Origin: Escherichia phage BEK6
DNA length: 46,736 nucleotides
Strand: one strand, 5' to 3'
Sequence record: MN158208.1
The position numbers and the translations under genes are program-made. Within the stretch, counting starts at the first letter, position 1, and each line of letters starts with the position of its first letter. This document shows positions 17,396 to 26,404 of this stretch, one piece after another. Below the pieces are notes generated by a model. It made no database searches, had not been told where the DNA came from, and saw only the letters and a program-made list of their open reading frames with translations.

Positions 17396-20300
17396 ATGGC
17401 ACAAATGATCAAAACAAACATGAGGCTTTGTGATATGGCTGAAGATATTAAGATTTATGGTGCTAAAGGCGGTAGCCAGAAGCCGCACCAACCAGTGGAA
17501 CAAGAAGACAACCTGATTTCATTAAACAAGGTTAAGGTGTTACTTGCGGTTGCTGACGGCGAGGTGGATTCAAACTTCTCAATGAAGGATTTATACCTTG
17601 CTGACGTTCCTGTGCAGAACCAGGATGGTAGCTACAACTACGAAGGTGTTCGCGCTGAGTTCCGTGCTGGCACGCAGTATCAGGACTATATCGCTGGGCT
17701 TGATGGTGCCAACTCAGAGATTCAGGCATCCAGAGAGATCACGAACGATACACCGTATATCATCGCGGTTAACAATACTCAGCTATCGGCGATTCGTGTA
17801 AAGCTATACTGGCCTAGACTGGTTAAGCAAGAAAGCAATGGAGATCTGAACGGAACAACCTGCGAGTATGCAATTGACCTTTCTGTTAATGGTGGCGCTT
17901 ACCAGGAATATACTCGAGGAGTTGCTAACGGGAAGACAACTACAGGTTACGACCGCAGCATTCGTGTAAACCTTCCGGCTGAATTTGATAGCGCATTGGT
18001 TCGCATCAGAAAGATTACGCCAGATTCAACAAGTAGCACATTGGTTAACGGGATGCAGATTACAACCTATCAGGAAGTGATTGACGCTAAATTCCGCTAT
18101 CCGCTTACGGCTCTGGTTTATGTTGAGTTTGGATCTGACCTTTTCCCTAACGGAATACCGACAATCTCTATCAAGAAGCGCTGGAAGCTGATTCAGGTCC
18201 CAACCAACTACGACCCGGAAACAAGAACTTACAGCGGAACATGGAATGGACTGTTCAAAATGGCATGGTCAAATAACCCAGCCTGGGTTCTTTATGACTT
18301 AGTGACAAACCGTCGCTATGGCCTTGATCAACGAGAGTTGGGCGTGGAGATTGATAAGTGGGGATTGTATGAAGCCGCGCAATTCTGTGACCAGATGGTG
18401 CCAGATGGAAAAGGTGGAATGGAGCCGCGCTACCTGTGCGATATGGTTGTACAGAATAAGGTTGAGGCCTACACGCTAATTCGTGATATCTGCTCAATCT
18501 TCCGTGGCCTGACTTTCTATGACGGCGAAAAGATTGGTATTGTGGTTGATAAGCCACGCAACCCATCATACATCTTCACGAATGATAACGTTGTAAACGG
18601 ATTATTCAGCCGAACTTTTGCCAGTGATAAGAGCCTTTACACTACGGCAAACGTTCAGTTTGATGATGTGGAGAACAACTATCAGCAGGATGTTGAGCCA
18701 GTTTTCGAGCTCGAGGCTACTCGTCGATTCGGATTCAACCCAGTCGACCTTACGGCGATTGGGTGTACTCGCAGAAGTGAAGCAAACAGACGTGGCAGAT
18801 GGCTCCTGAAAACCAACCTGAGAAGCGAAACTATCAGCTTCACTACCGGGTTGGAAGGCATGATTCCGATGATTGGAGAGGTTATTGCGGTTAATGACGC
18901 GGCATGGTCCAGCAACTATCAGTTAAACCTTTCCGGTCGTATTGAATCAGTTCAGGGATTGCAGGTTTTTACCCCGTTTAAAGTTGACGCAGCGCCAGGT
19001 GACAGAATTCTTCTGAACAAACCCGACGGAAGTCCAGAAGCAAGAACTATTGCCAGCGTTTCGGAAGATGGTAGAACAATCAACCTGAATACTGCTTTTA
19101 GCTTTGTAGCTCAACCTGATACTGTGTTCGCAATTGATAAGGACAATCTTGCTCTTCAGCAATATGTTGTGACCGGGATTCAAAAAGCAGATTCTGATGG
19201 ATCGGATTCATTCCAGTATACGATTACAGCAGTGGAGTACGACCCGAACAAGTATGACGAGATTGATTACGGCGTTAACATTGTTGACCGCCCAACTTCA
19301 ATCGTAGAGCCTGACAGATTATCGCCACCAGAAAACCTGACGGTATCAAGCTACAGTAAGGTTGTTCAGGGTTTATCAGTTGAGACGATGGTTATCGGAT
19401 GGGATAAGGCTCCATACGCTAAAACATACAATGTTCAGTGGAGGAAAGAAAATGGCAACTGGATTAACGTACCAAGAACGGCAAGTACAGAGGTTGATAT
19501 CGAAGGTATTTACGCAGGAATCTATGACGTTAGGGTTCGCAGCGTATCAGATACTGAAAACGTGTCTGCCTGGTCTGATATTGTAACGGTATCGCTAACT
19601 GGCAAGATTGGCCGCCCATCGGCGCCTACGGTTATCACGGCGTCAGCTGATGAGGTATTTGGCATCCGTGTTAAATGGGGATTCCCTGATGGCTCTGGTG
19701 ATACTGCTTACACTGAGCTTCAGCAGGTTCCTGATAATGGCGATGGTACTTACAATCCTGATAACGCAAGTTTGCTGACTTTACTGCCTTATCCAGCCTA
19801 TGAATACTGGCACACGCCAATTCAGCCAGGAAAGGTTATCTGGTATCGCGCAAGATTGATTGACAGAATCGGTAACACATCTGATTGGTCTAATTTCGCA
19901 AGAGGCATGAGTACTGACGACGCCAACATTATCAATGATTACATCAAGGTTGATATTGAGGCTTCGGAAGGATTCAAATACCTCGAGCAGAATGCGATTC
20001 AAAAGAATCAGGACATTCAGAATCAGGCAGAGTCAATTCTTGAGAATGCATTAGCTAATGATGCAGACGTTCGCCGCATGACCAAGGAGAACGGCAAGCG
20101 TAAGGCTGAATATGTTCAGGCAGTTAATCTCATAGCCGATGAAACTCAGGCTCGTGTAGAGGCTCTAACAGCCCTTAAAGCGCAGATAGATGATGAAGTT
20201 GTAGCATCGATTACAGAAGTTCAGACAGCGCTAGCCACCGAGACAGAAGCAAGGACTACTGCAGACACTGCTCTATCAGCAAGATTGGGTGATAACGAGG

Positions 20301-20806
20301 CGGCTATAAACCAGAAATTAGACGCATTTTCCAATGCGACCTCTACTGGCGTGCAGTACGGAATTAGTCTTGGCCTTAAATACAATGGAAAGACTTATTC
20401 ATCCGGCATGAGCATGGAGCTAGTTGGCACTGGTGGAAACGTTCGCAGTCAGTTCATTTTTGACGCAAACAGATTCGCAATCAGTAACGGCATTGGTTCT
20501 GGTTCCGGTCAGTGGCAACTCCCCTTCGTTGTAGAGAACGGAAACGTAATCATCCAAAGTGCGGTAATTGGCGATGGCTCAATTACTAACGCGAAGATTG
20601 GTGACTTTATTCAGTCCAGCAACTACGTGGCAGGAAGCACAGGCTGGAGGATTGATAAGTCTGGTAACGCTGAGATTCGCGGCAAACTGTACGCCAACAG
20701 TGGTGAATTCGCCTTTAACGGAACAAACAATACGGTACAGATTAACGGAAACGGAATCACGGTTAACTTGCCTGGAGGAGGAAGAGTTGTGGTAGGTACT
20801 TTCTAA
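17396..20806 (+). CDS. central tail fiber / host specificity protein (lambda gpJ-like)
   Basis: 1136-aa ORF at the end of the tail module; fibronectin-III-like segment (YNVQWRKENGNWINVP...YDVRVRSV); exact start uncertain (ATGs at 17396/17405/17435). Confidence 0.8.
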   Translation: MAQMIKTNMRLCDMAEDIKIYGAKGGSQKPHQPVEQEDNLISLNKVKVLLAVADGEVDSNFSMKDLYLADVPVQNQDGSYNYEGVRAEFRAGTQYQDYIAGLDGANSEIQASREITNDTPYIIAVNNTQLSAIRVKLYWPRLVKQESNGDLNGTTCEYAIDLSVNGGAYQEYTRGVANGKTTTGYDRSIRVNLPAEFDSALVRIRKITPDSTSSTLVNGMQITTYQEVIDAKFRYPLTALVYVEFGSDLFPNGIPTISIKKRWKLIQVPTNYDPETRTYSGTWNGLFKMAWSNNPAWVLYDLVTNRRYGLDQRELGVEIDKWGLYEAAQFCDQMVPDGKGGMEPRYLCDMVVQNKVEAYTLIRDICSIFRGLTFYDGEKIGIVVDKPRNPSYIFTNDNVVNGLFSRTFASDKSLYTTANVQFDDVENNYQQDVEPVFELEATRRFGFNPVDLTAIGCTRRSEANRRGRWLLKTNLRSETISFTTGLEGMIPMIGEVIAVNDAAWSSNYQLNLSGRIESVQGLQVFTPFKVDAAPGDRILLNKPDGSPEARTIASVSEDGRTINLNTAFSFVAQPDTVFAIDKDNLALQQYVVTGIQKADSDGSDSFQYTITAVEYDPNKYDEIDYGVNIVDRPTSIVEPDRLSPPENLTVSSYSKVVQGLSVETMVIGWDKAPYAKTYNVQWRKENGNWINVPRTASTEVDIEGIYAGIYDVRVRSVSDTENVSAWSDIVTVSLTGKIGRPSAPTVITASADEVFGIRVKWGFPDGSGDTAYTELQQVPDNGDGTYNPDNASLLTLLPYPAYEYWHTPIQPGKVIWYRARLIDRIGNTSDWSNFARGMSTDDANIINDYIKVDIEASEGFKYLEQNAIQKNQDIQNQAESILENALANDADVRRMTKENGKRKAEYVQAVNLIADETQARVEALTALKAQIDDEVVASITEVQTALATETEARTTADTALSARLGDNEAAINQKLDAFSNATSTGVQYGISLGLKYNGKTYSSGMSMELVGTGGNVRSQFIFDANRFAISNGIGSGSGQWQLPFVVENGNVIIQSAVIGDGSITNAKIGDFIQSSNYVAGSTGWRIDKSGNAEIRGKLYANSGEFAFNGTNNTVQINGNGITVNLPGGGRVVVGTF

Positions 20807-20836
20807 AACAAAAGCCCCGAAAGGGGCTTTATATTT
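20805..20836. terminator. bidirectional terminator between convergent J-like and 314-aa genes
   Basis: GCCCC-gaaa-GGGGC flanked by an A-run upstream and T-rich sequence downstream. Confidence 0.6.
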
Positions 20837-21779
20837 AATACATATCAGGAAGGTAAGGAAGTGGCGTTGATATTGTTACGTCAGGCCTATTTCCTATCTC
20901 GTATCTGACAATCCTTGAGCCCGTGCCAGATCTAACATACCCGTTGCTCATTACAATTCCTTTGTTTCTCAACTCCTTATATGCTCGTATTGCCCTTGTG
21001 TTAAATCCACATCTGAGTATTGGGAAGTAGGATTCGCCAATGTATTGATTGCTACCTGATAGGTTTATGAATCCAGAAACAACCAATGGCCTTGTTAAAG
21101 TTGAAAGCGTGCAAATCCCATTAGAGTTAAATATGTTCAAGCCTGGGCCCGGAGTTGGAGCGACCATCTGGAAGATAATCAAATCCATAGTGACGCTTCC
21201 TGGTGTATCACCAGTATCTTCAGTATTTATGTTTGTACATATCAGTTGGTTGCTACCGTTGTATTCAACTGAAACGCCTGGGTTGCTCCACTTTCCAAAT
21301 GGTATACCATAAATTGGCAGTGTGTATGTGTTGGTGAAAGATATTCTCTGAGCAAACTTGCATACTAATAGCCTGTCAGTGGTGGTTATAGAAGTAAAGT
21401 CAGTACTGTCAGCAACGTAAATACCCTGGCCTGTAGATGCTCTTAGTACCTCAACAACAGTACCAGAAAATTGAGTTATACGGTCAGAATATCCATTCTC
21501 ATAGCCAATCGATATTGTTCCGCTTGATGCCGTTGATGAGAATCCATTTATGTAGTAAATCTCAACGCCCCTATCAAGTTCGAATGAGTATGCGCCATTG
21601 TTAGGGATAAGGAATCTTGACGCTCCCTCATTGCCCTGAATTGGAAAAGTCTTGCTAAACCCACCGCTAGAAACGTTGAAATTGCCAGCGAAATTCAATG
21701 CCCGCATCCCTGCGGTTATTGTCATTGGCTTCCTTCCGTCATTTAGGTCTATATAAATACCCTGAGCCATTAATTCCAC
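20835..21779 (-). CDS. hypothetical protein, candidate receptor-binding / tail-associated protein
   Basis: 314-aa Gly/Ser/Thr/Asn-rich ORF, GGAG RBS, co-oriented with and overlapping the upstream lipoprotein gene; function inferred by analogy with RBP-lipoprotein pairs. Confidence 0.4.
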   Translation of the reverse strand: MELMAQGIYIDLNDGRKPMTITAGMRALNFAGNFNVSSGGFSKTFPIQGNEGASRFLIPNNGAYSFELDRGVEIYYINGFSSTASSGTISIGYENGYSDRITQFSGTVVEVLRASTGQGIYVADSTDFTSITTTDRLLVCKFAQRISFTNTYTLPIYGIPFGKWSNPGVSVEYNGSNQLICTNINTEDTGDTPGSVTMDLIIFQMVAPTPGPGLNIFNSNGICTLSTLTRPLVVSGFINLSGSNQYIGESYFPILRCGFNTRAIRAYKELRNKGIVMSNGYVRSGTGSRIVRYEIGNRPDVTISTPLPYLPDMY

Positions 21780-22000
21780 TCCTTAGAGCCATGATCACGA
21801 ACAGAGCCACTGGGGCCTTTAATACCATCGTAGCGCACGTCAATTTCACCAGCTGGTACAACCATGCCACTTTTCCATTTAGCTACGCACACGCCGTTTG
21901 AGGACGTTGCACACCAACCATCCGGGCGAGGACCAGAAGAACAACCAACTGCCATGATTACTACTAATGCGATGATTGCCGATTTGATTAAGTTATTCAT
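21770..22000 (-). CDS. small lipoprotein, Cor/Llp-like superinfection-exclusion candidate
   Basis: 76 aa; N-terminal signal peptide ending IMAVGC (lipobox-like) then Cys-containing mature part; AAGGA RBS and its own palindrome/-10/leader module. Confidence 0.5.
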   Translation of the reverse strand: MNNLIKSAIIALVVIMAVGCSSGPRPDGWCATSSNGVCVAKWKSGMVVPAGEIDVRYDGIKGPSGSVRDHGSKEWN

Positions 22001-22066
22001 TTTTAAATCCTTAGTAAGTATGTTTCGTTTCGATGAAGTAATAGTATCGCATCCCTGCGATCAGTG

Positions 22067-22086
22067 TTTAGCAATTAGTGCTATTT
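22067..22086 (-). promoter_or_regulatory. gene-boundary palindrome copy (AAATAGCACTAATTGCTAAA on minus strand)
   Basis: Overlaps stop of the Rha-like gene; minus-strand TACTAT 22 bp downstream and CATCGAAACGAAAC leader before the lipoprotein gene. Confidence 0.5.
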
Positions 22087-22734
22087 CTTTTCCAGCAACA
22101 TCTTAATGTCAATGCCTAGCTCATTCTCAATTAATCCAGTCAGTGCATCGGCTTTTTCTTTAAGGGCAAAACACTGCGCTTCATACTTAAATCTTTCCTC
22201 CATCTCATTCGAGCGACTAGCCCAACACTGGCGAGCCTCACAAGCCAGCATATCGAGTTTTTCATCGGTATTCTTATCCATGAGTAAGATCTCATTTATT
22301 CTTTGCTCTGCAACAATGCGCTGGCTCAGGTGTGCATTTTGCGCATTAGCCACACCAAGCATCATTCGCGCCTCTTTTAACTCATCAATGCTTACCATCT
22401 GGCTGATCACTTCTGCTTGTTTTTTAACTAATGCCTCAAGCTCATGAAGTCGACGGATAACCCTGTGACGAAGAGCGACACTGTAGCCAGTGATTAGCGT
22501 TTCGGTGAGTTCCTTGTTGAGTAAAACCTCAGATGTATAGCCGCGACTGTCCGTAAGTACTTGATAATCATCATGACCCAAATCTGGGGCATCGTTATAA
22601 TGTAACAATTCATTGATCATTTCCTTTGTGTCGCGAACTACGTGATCATGACGCTTACCTGTCAATTCAGCAATTTCCTTCGTGCTCATCATGGTTTTTT
22701 GCTGTTCTTTGTACACTTTAATGTTCATTTTCAT
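22081..22734 (-). CDS. Rha-family regulatory (antirepressor-like) protein
   Basis: N-terminal motif STKEIAELTGKRHDHVVRD matches the Rha signature; first gene of the minus operon leaving the 22.7-23.3 kb control region. Confidence 0.5.
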   Translation of the reverse strand: MKMNIKVYKEQQKTMMSTKEIAELTGKRHDHVVRDTKEMINELLHYNDAPDLGHDDYQVLTDSRGYTSEVLLNKELTETLITGYSVALRHRVIRRLHELEALVKKQAEVISQMVSIDELKEARMMLGVANAQNAHLSQRIVAEQRINEILLMDKNTDEKLDMLACEARQCWASRSNEMEERFKYEAQCFALKEKADALTGLIENELGIDIKMLLEKK

Positions 22735-22825
22735 CTCTCTTTGTTTTTGCGCTACCGATTTTCGGTATCACAAGCAGCACCATTGCCGCCATGCGCCTAA
22801 ATATACCTAAAGATATCCAGTTGTC

Positions 22826-22845
22826 TTTAGCAAATAGTGCTATTT
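22826..22845 (-). promoter_or_regulatory. palindrome copy (AAATAGCACTATTTGCTAAA on minus strand) upstream of the Rha-like gene
   Basis: Minus-strand TATATT (forward 22800-22805) 22 bp downstream; about 70-nt leader to ATG 22734. Confidence 0.45.
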
Positions 22846-22966
22846 ATAGCCAATTTCACCACAAATCACAGTTACACGTAACCGATGTAACTCGATGTAT
22901 ACAATCTCATCCGCGGAAAATGATATACGCCCTGTTACGCCAATTTACGCATTAGTTACATTAAAA

Positions 22967-23030
22967 TATCTATATATATCAACATTTTACTCTTATTATT
23001 ATTATTATATATATTACTGTGTATATCATG
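22967..23030. repeat. AT-rich repeat element with (TTA)n tract, copy A
   Basis: ATATCTATATATATCAACATTTTACTCTTATTATTATTATTATATATATTACTGTGTATATC; near-identical copy at 41828-41896. Confidence 0.7.
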
Positions 23031-23255
23031 TAACTACTTCTATAGAGTGTTCCGGTTATAATTTTAATATCATGTGGATTTATACAGTATTGCGTGACAG
23101 CTATACCAATGCACCCCCCCCTGCAAGAAACGGTATACACGATATACACGATGGTTACATTGAGCTATGGCTGGGCTGAGATGCCATTTTACGTAACTAG
23201 TGGCAACACCTACACGGAATTACAAGGATTCACGCGTAAGTTTAAATCAATCTGC

Positions 23256-23284
23256 TTGACATCAATGCGGATTAGTTGTACTAT
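23256..23284 (+). promoter_or_regulatory. candidate sigma70-type promoter for the HNH gene / plus-strand early operon
   Basis: TTGACA (23256-23261), 17-bp spacer, TACTAT (23279-23284). Confidence 0.5.
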
Positions 23285-23314
23285 CAATTAAACAAAACAG
23301 CGGAGGGCTTATTT

Positions 23315-23806
23315 ATGGAATGGGGAGACATCTTTGAATACAGCAACGGAAAGCTTTACTGGAAGATAAGACCAGCAATGAGGATGAGGGTTGGCGACCT
23401 TGCGGGGACGGAATGTAAGGGTTACATTCAAGTTAACTGCAAAGCCAAATCGGGGGTAAATAAACTATATAGGGCGCATAGGATTGTATGGGAAATGCAT
23501 CATGGACCAATACCAGAAGGGGTAGTTATCGACCACATTAATGGGAATGGTCTAGACAACAGGATTGAGAACCTAAGAGTGGTTACGCAAGCAGATAATC
23601 AGAAGAACAAGAAGGTTGGTAAAAACAATGAAAGTGGTGTTCTTGGTGTTGCTTGGTATAAGCCTAGTTCGAAGTGGGTCGCTAGAATATCTAAGGATGG
23701 GAAGTGGTCACATATTGGGTATTTCGATAATTTCGAGGATGCCGTAAGAGCTAGGCGAGAAGCTGAATTAGAATTCAAATATCACGAAAATCACGGGAGA
23801 CGTTAA
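23315..23806 (+). CDS. HNH homing endonuclease with AP2-like DNA-binding domain
   Basis: HNH motif (YRAHRIVWEMHHGPIPEGVVIDHINGNGLDNRIENLR) followed by GVLGVAWYKPSSKWVARI...GYFDNFEDAVRARREAE; GGAGGG RBS, TTGACA-17-TACTAT promoter upstream. Confidence 0.7.
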   Translation: MEWGDIFEYSNGKLYWKIRPAMRMRVGDLAGTECKGYIQVNCKAKSGVNKLYRAHRIVWEMHHGPIPEGVVIDHINGNGLDNRIENLRVVTQADNQKNKKVGKNNESGVLGVAWYKPSSKWVARISKDGKWSHIGYFDNFEDAVRARREAELEFKYHENHGRR

Positions 23807-23807
23807 A

Positions 23808-24002
23808 ATGACCTACTACATTATCAAAGAGAAAAACAACGCACTATTCGGCGACTGCTACTTTGGTGGCCCTGCCGGATACACAACGAATAAGAACGAG
23901 GCAGACCGATTCGAGACTAAAGAAGAAGCCAGAGATGTACTGACCGGTTACTTCACTGAGGAAGATTTGAAATCGTTTAAGATTGTTAAGGTTAAGGATT
24001 GA
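23808..24002 (+). CDS. hypothetical protein
   Basis: 64-aa ORF tightly packed after the HNH gene. Confidence 0.4.
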   Translation: MTYYIIKEKNNALFGDCYFGGPAGYTTNKNEADRFETKEEARDVLTGYFTEEDLKSFKIVKVKD

Positions 24003-24007
24003 TTGAG

Positions 24008-24226
24008 ATGAAAACATGTGAAGAGAATTTTATATCACTAAATGATTTTATTGGTGATGATTTTGACTATTCTGATGTAATTGTTACATGGACTGCTGGA
24101 GGAGACGTTTTTTCAGATATGCTGATTTATAGTACAGACTATAGCAACTACCATTGGGAAGAAGACGAAGAATACGAAGAGGCTAGACTTTATTATTCTG
24201 AAATCATTAACGTTAAGAGAGTTTAA
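24008..24226 (+). CDS. small highly acidic protein
   Basis: 72 aa, very Asp/Glu-rich (WEEDEEYEEARLYY); AAGGA RBS; sits upstream of the exonuclease/ERF/SSB genes. Confidence 0.4.
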   Translation: MKTCEENFISLNDFIGDDFDYSDVIVTWTAGGDVFSDMLIYSTDYSNYHWEEDEEYEEARLYYSEIINVKRV

Positions 24227-24230
24227 GAAA

Positions 24231-25196
24231 ATGACATTTACCGTATACACACGAGAAGAGTTAACCAACGATGCTTATCACTCAGAGACTGACCACATTT
24301 CCGGTAGCTCACTTGTCGAGATTATCCAGGGTTCGCCAGCTAAGTGGAAGTTTAAACAGCGCAACAATGATAGCAAGGCGCTCAAGTTTGGAACACTGAG
24401 TCACACGTACATCCTCGAAGGTGACATGTTTGATAAAGAATACCTTCGAGCTACAGACCTTGACGCGATTGAAGGATTAATTACAAGCCAGACCGGATTA
24501 TCTGCAGCGCTGAAAAAAGTTGGCGTAGCTGGCACGTCCGGGAAGAGCTATAGCGAACTCGTAGAGATGATGTATCGATCTGGTGAGGATTGGCCTGTTA
24601 AATGGCTAATTGAGCAGCAGGAGAGCGCTCAAGCGCTTGTGGATGGTAAGGAGCTAGTTAGTGCCGCTGACTACGATAAAGTTGTGGCTATGCGTGAGGT
24701 TCTTTGCAATATACCGGCATATAATGCAATCGTGAATAGTGAGACAGCGCAAAAAGAGCTATCAATCTTCGGTGAAATTCTCGAGGTTGGGGTTAAGATT
24801 CGAATTGACCACGTAGATGTTGTTGATGGCGTTGTTCGGATCACAGATTACAAAACTACCGCAGACGCTAGCCCAGAAGGCTTTGGCAAGTCAGCATTCT
24901 CGCACGGATACCTTGCAAAAATGGCGCTTCAGCGAGATCTTTTTGTGAAGGCATTCAACGAGAAGCGAAAGGTTGTTGTAGGATTGCTGGCACAAGAGAA
25001 AGTGGAGCCATACCTCCCCATGCTTTACACCTTGACGGATGAGCAGCTAAGAATCGGCCGATTGCAGTATCTTGAGGCTCTTGCCACATATAAGAAGTGC
25101 AAGGAGCTTGATATCTGGCCTGGCTACTCAAATGGCATTACAGAGCAAGAGCTATTGGTTCCTGATTGGGCATTAAAACAATACAAAGAAATCTAA
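24231..25196 (+). CDS. PD-(D/E)xK family exonuclease (recombination nuclease)
   Basis: RIDHVDVVDGVVRITDYKT core resembling the D...(D/E)xK nuclease motif; adjacent to ERF and SSB genes. Confidence 0.6.
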   Translation: MTFTVYTREELTNDAYHSETDHISGSSLVEIIQGSPAKWKFKQRNNDSKALKFGTLSHTYILEGDMFDKEYLRATDLDAIEGLITSQTGLSAALKKVGVAGTSGKSYSELVEMMYRSGEDWPVKWLIEQQESAQALVDGKELVSAADYDKVVAMREVLCNIPAYNAIVNSETAQKELSIFGEILEVGVKIRIDHVDVVDGVVRITDYKTTADASPEGFGKSAFSHGYLAKMALQRDLFVKAFNEKRKVVVGLLAQEKVEPYLPMLYTLTDEQLRIGRLQYLEALATYKKCKELDIWPGYSNGITEQELLVPDWALKQYKEI

Positions 25197-25214
25197 ATAG
25201 CACTAATTGCTAAA
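25195..25214 (+). promoter_or_regulatory. palindrome copy AAATAGCACTAATTGCTAAA in the ERF gene leader
   Basis: Overlaps exonuclease stop; followed directly by TACAAAAT, RBS and ATG 25236 (no -10-like hexamer). Confidence 0.45.
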
Positions 25215-25235
25215 TACAAAATTAAAAGGTGGTGT

Positions 25236-25919
25236 ATGATTACCCCATCAACGACGAACGAGGTTAATATGCAAATTTCAGAATCATGCAAATCAATTTT
25301 AAACGCGCTGCACACTGCCAAATCGCTATTTGCGAAGGCTGAAAAGTCTAAGCAGAACTCACACTTAAAGAACAAGTACGCTACCCTAGAAGACGTTTTG
25401 GCGGCCGTTGAGCCTGGTTTAGATGAGTGTGGGCTTGTTATGTTCCAGAGTGTACTTGATGATGAACAAACCAATCGCATGAAGGTTGAGACAAAACTGT
25501 TTCATGCTGAATCTGGAGAGTGGGTTAGCTTCTTGATGATCGTACCAATCAGTAAGAATGATGCACAAGGTTACGGCTCAGCTTTAACATACGCTCGACG
25601 TTACGGAATCACAGCGGCGTTAGGACTTAGCCAGGCAGATGATGATGGTAATCTCGCAGCGAAAGGTGTTAAGGACTTTAAGCGAGAGCTAGAGAAATGC
25701 AATACTCTTGATGAGCTTCGCAATGTCTGGAAGGAGGCTAAGCAGTCACTTGATGCGGCAGGATGGAAGGTTTTCGAACCCCACATCATAGAGCGAAAGG
25801 CAGAGATTGAAGCAAATGCAGCAACTGGCTTCAACCCAGCAGAACCAAAGAAAGTTGCAGAAAAAAGTAGTCCTGAAGAAAAGATTAAAGTAGAATCAAA
25901 ACAAATCGACACATTCTAA
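25236..25919 (+). CDS. ERF-family single-strand annealing protein
   Basis: Conserved ERF-like segments (KYATLEDV..., GSALTYARRYGITAALG); ATG 25269 is an alternative start. Confidence 0.65.
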   Translation: MITPSTTNEVNMQISESCKSILNALHTAKSLFAKAEKSKQNSHLKNKYATLEDVLAAVEPGLDECGLVMFQSVLDDEQTNRMKVETKLFHAESGEWVSFLMIVPISKNDAQGYGSALTYARRYGITAALGLSQADDDGNLAAKGVKDFKRELEKCNTLDELRNVWKEAKQSLDAAGWKVFEPHIIERKAEIEANAATGFNPAEPKKVAEKSSPEEKIKVESKQIDTF

Positions 25920-25960
25920 TTTAAGAGATGCTTCGGCCCCAACAATAGAGAGATAAAAAC

Positions 25961-26365
25961 ATGCACATAATTACTGGTCAGATTCGCCGCGCTCCATTCA
26001 CCAAAGAAGGCGTAAACGCCAATGGTAACTGGAAAATGTTCGCAGTTGATTTGAGTGAGCGCTACAAAGATAAAGATGGTCAATCACAGTACACAAATTA
26101 TCGTGCCGTCTTCTTCGCTAAAGAATCTATGTTAGATTGGTACAATGATGCATTTCAAGAAGGTAAAGTTGTTAGTGTTAGCGCTGAAAGCTTGGCTGTA
26201 GATGTTAGGGATAAAGATGGTAAGACTTACGTAACCATTAACATGAATAATCCTCGGCTTGAGTTTAGTCAGCGAGGTGAGAGTGGAGGTCAACAACAAC
26301 AGCAACAGCGTCAACAGCCACAGCCACAGCAGCAACAGCAGTTCAATGACGACATTCCATTCTAA
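25961..26365 (+). CDS. ssb: single-stranded DNA-binding protein
   Basis: OB-fold-like N-terminal domain, Gly/Gln-rich linker and canonical acidic tail ...FNDDIPF. Confidence 0.8.
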   Translation: MHIITGQIRRAPFTKEGVNANGNWKMFAVDLSERYKDKDGQSQYTNYRAVFFAKESMLDWYNDAFQEGKVVSVSAESLAVDVRDKDGKTYVTINMNNPRLEFSQRGESGGQQQQQQRQQPQPQQQQQFNDDIPF

Positions 26366-26380
26366 TACTGAAACAAATAA

Positions 26381-26403
26381 GGAGCCTTGCGGCTCCTTTT
26401 TTT
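26381..26403. terminator. bidirectional terminator between SSB (+) and fiber-like (-) genes
   Basis: GGAGCC-ttgc-GGCTCC followed by TTTTTTT. Confidence 0.65.
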
Positions 26404-26404
26404 A

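Noticed and set aside
22895-23291. Track ORFs 22895-23179 and 23094-23291 in the 22.7-23.3 kb region
   Set aside because: They lie in an AT-rich repeat-bearing control region, have Tyr/Ile-rich low-complexity translations driven by (TTA)n repeats, no RBS, and overlap a good promoter; most likely non-coding.
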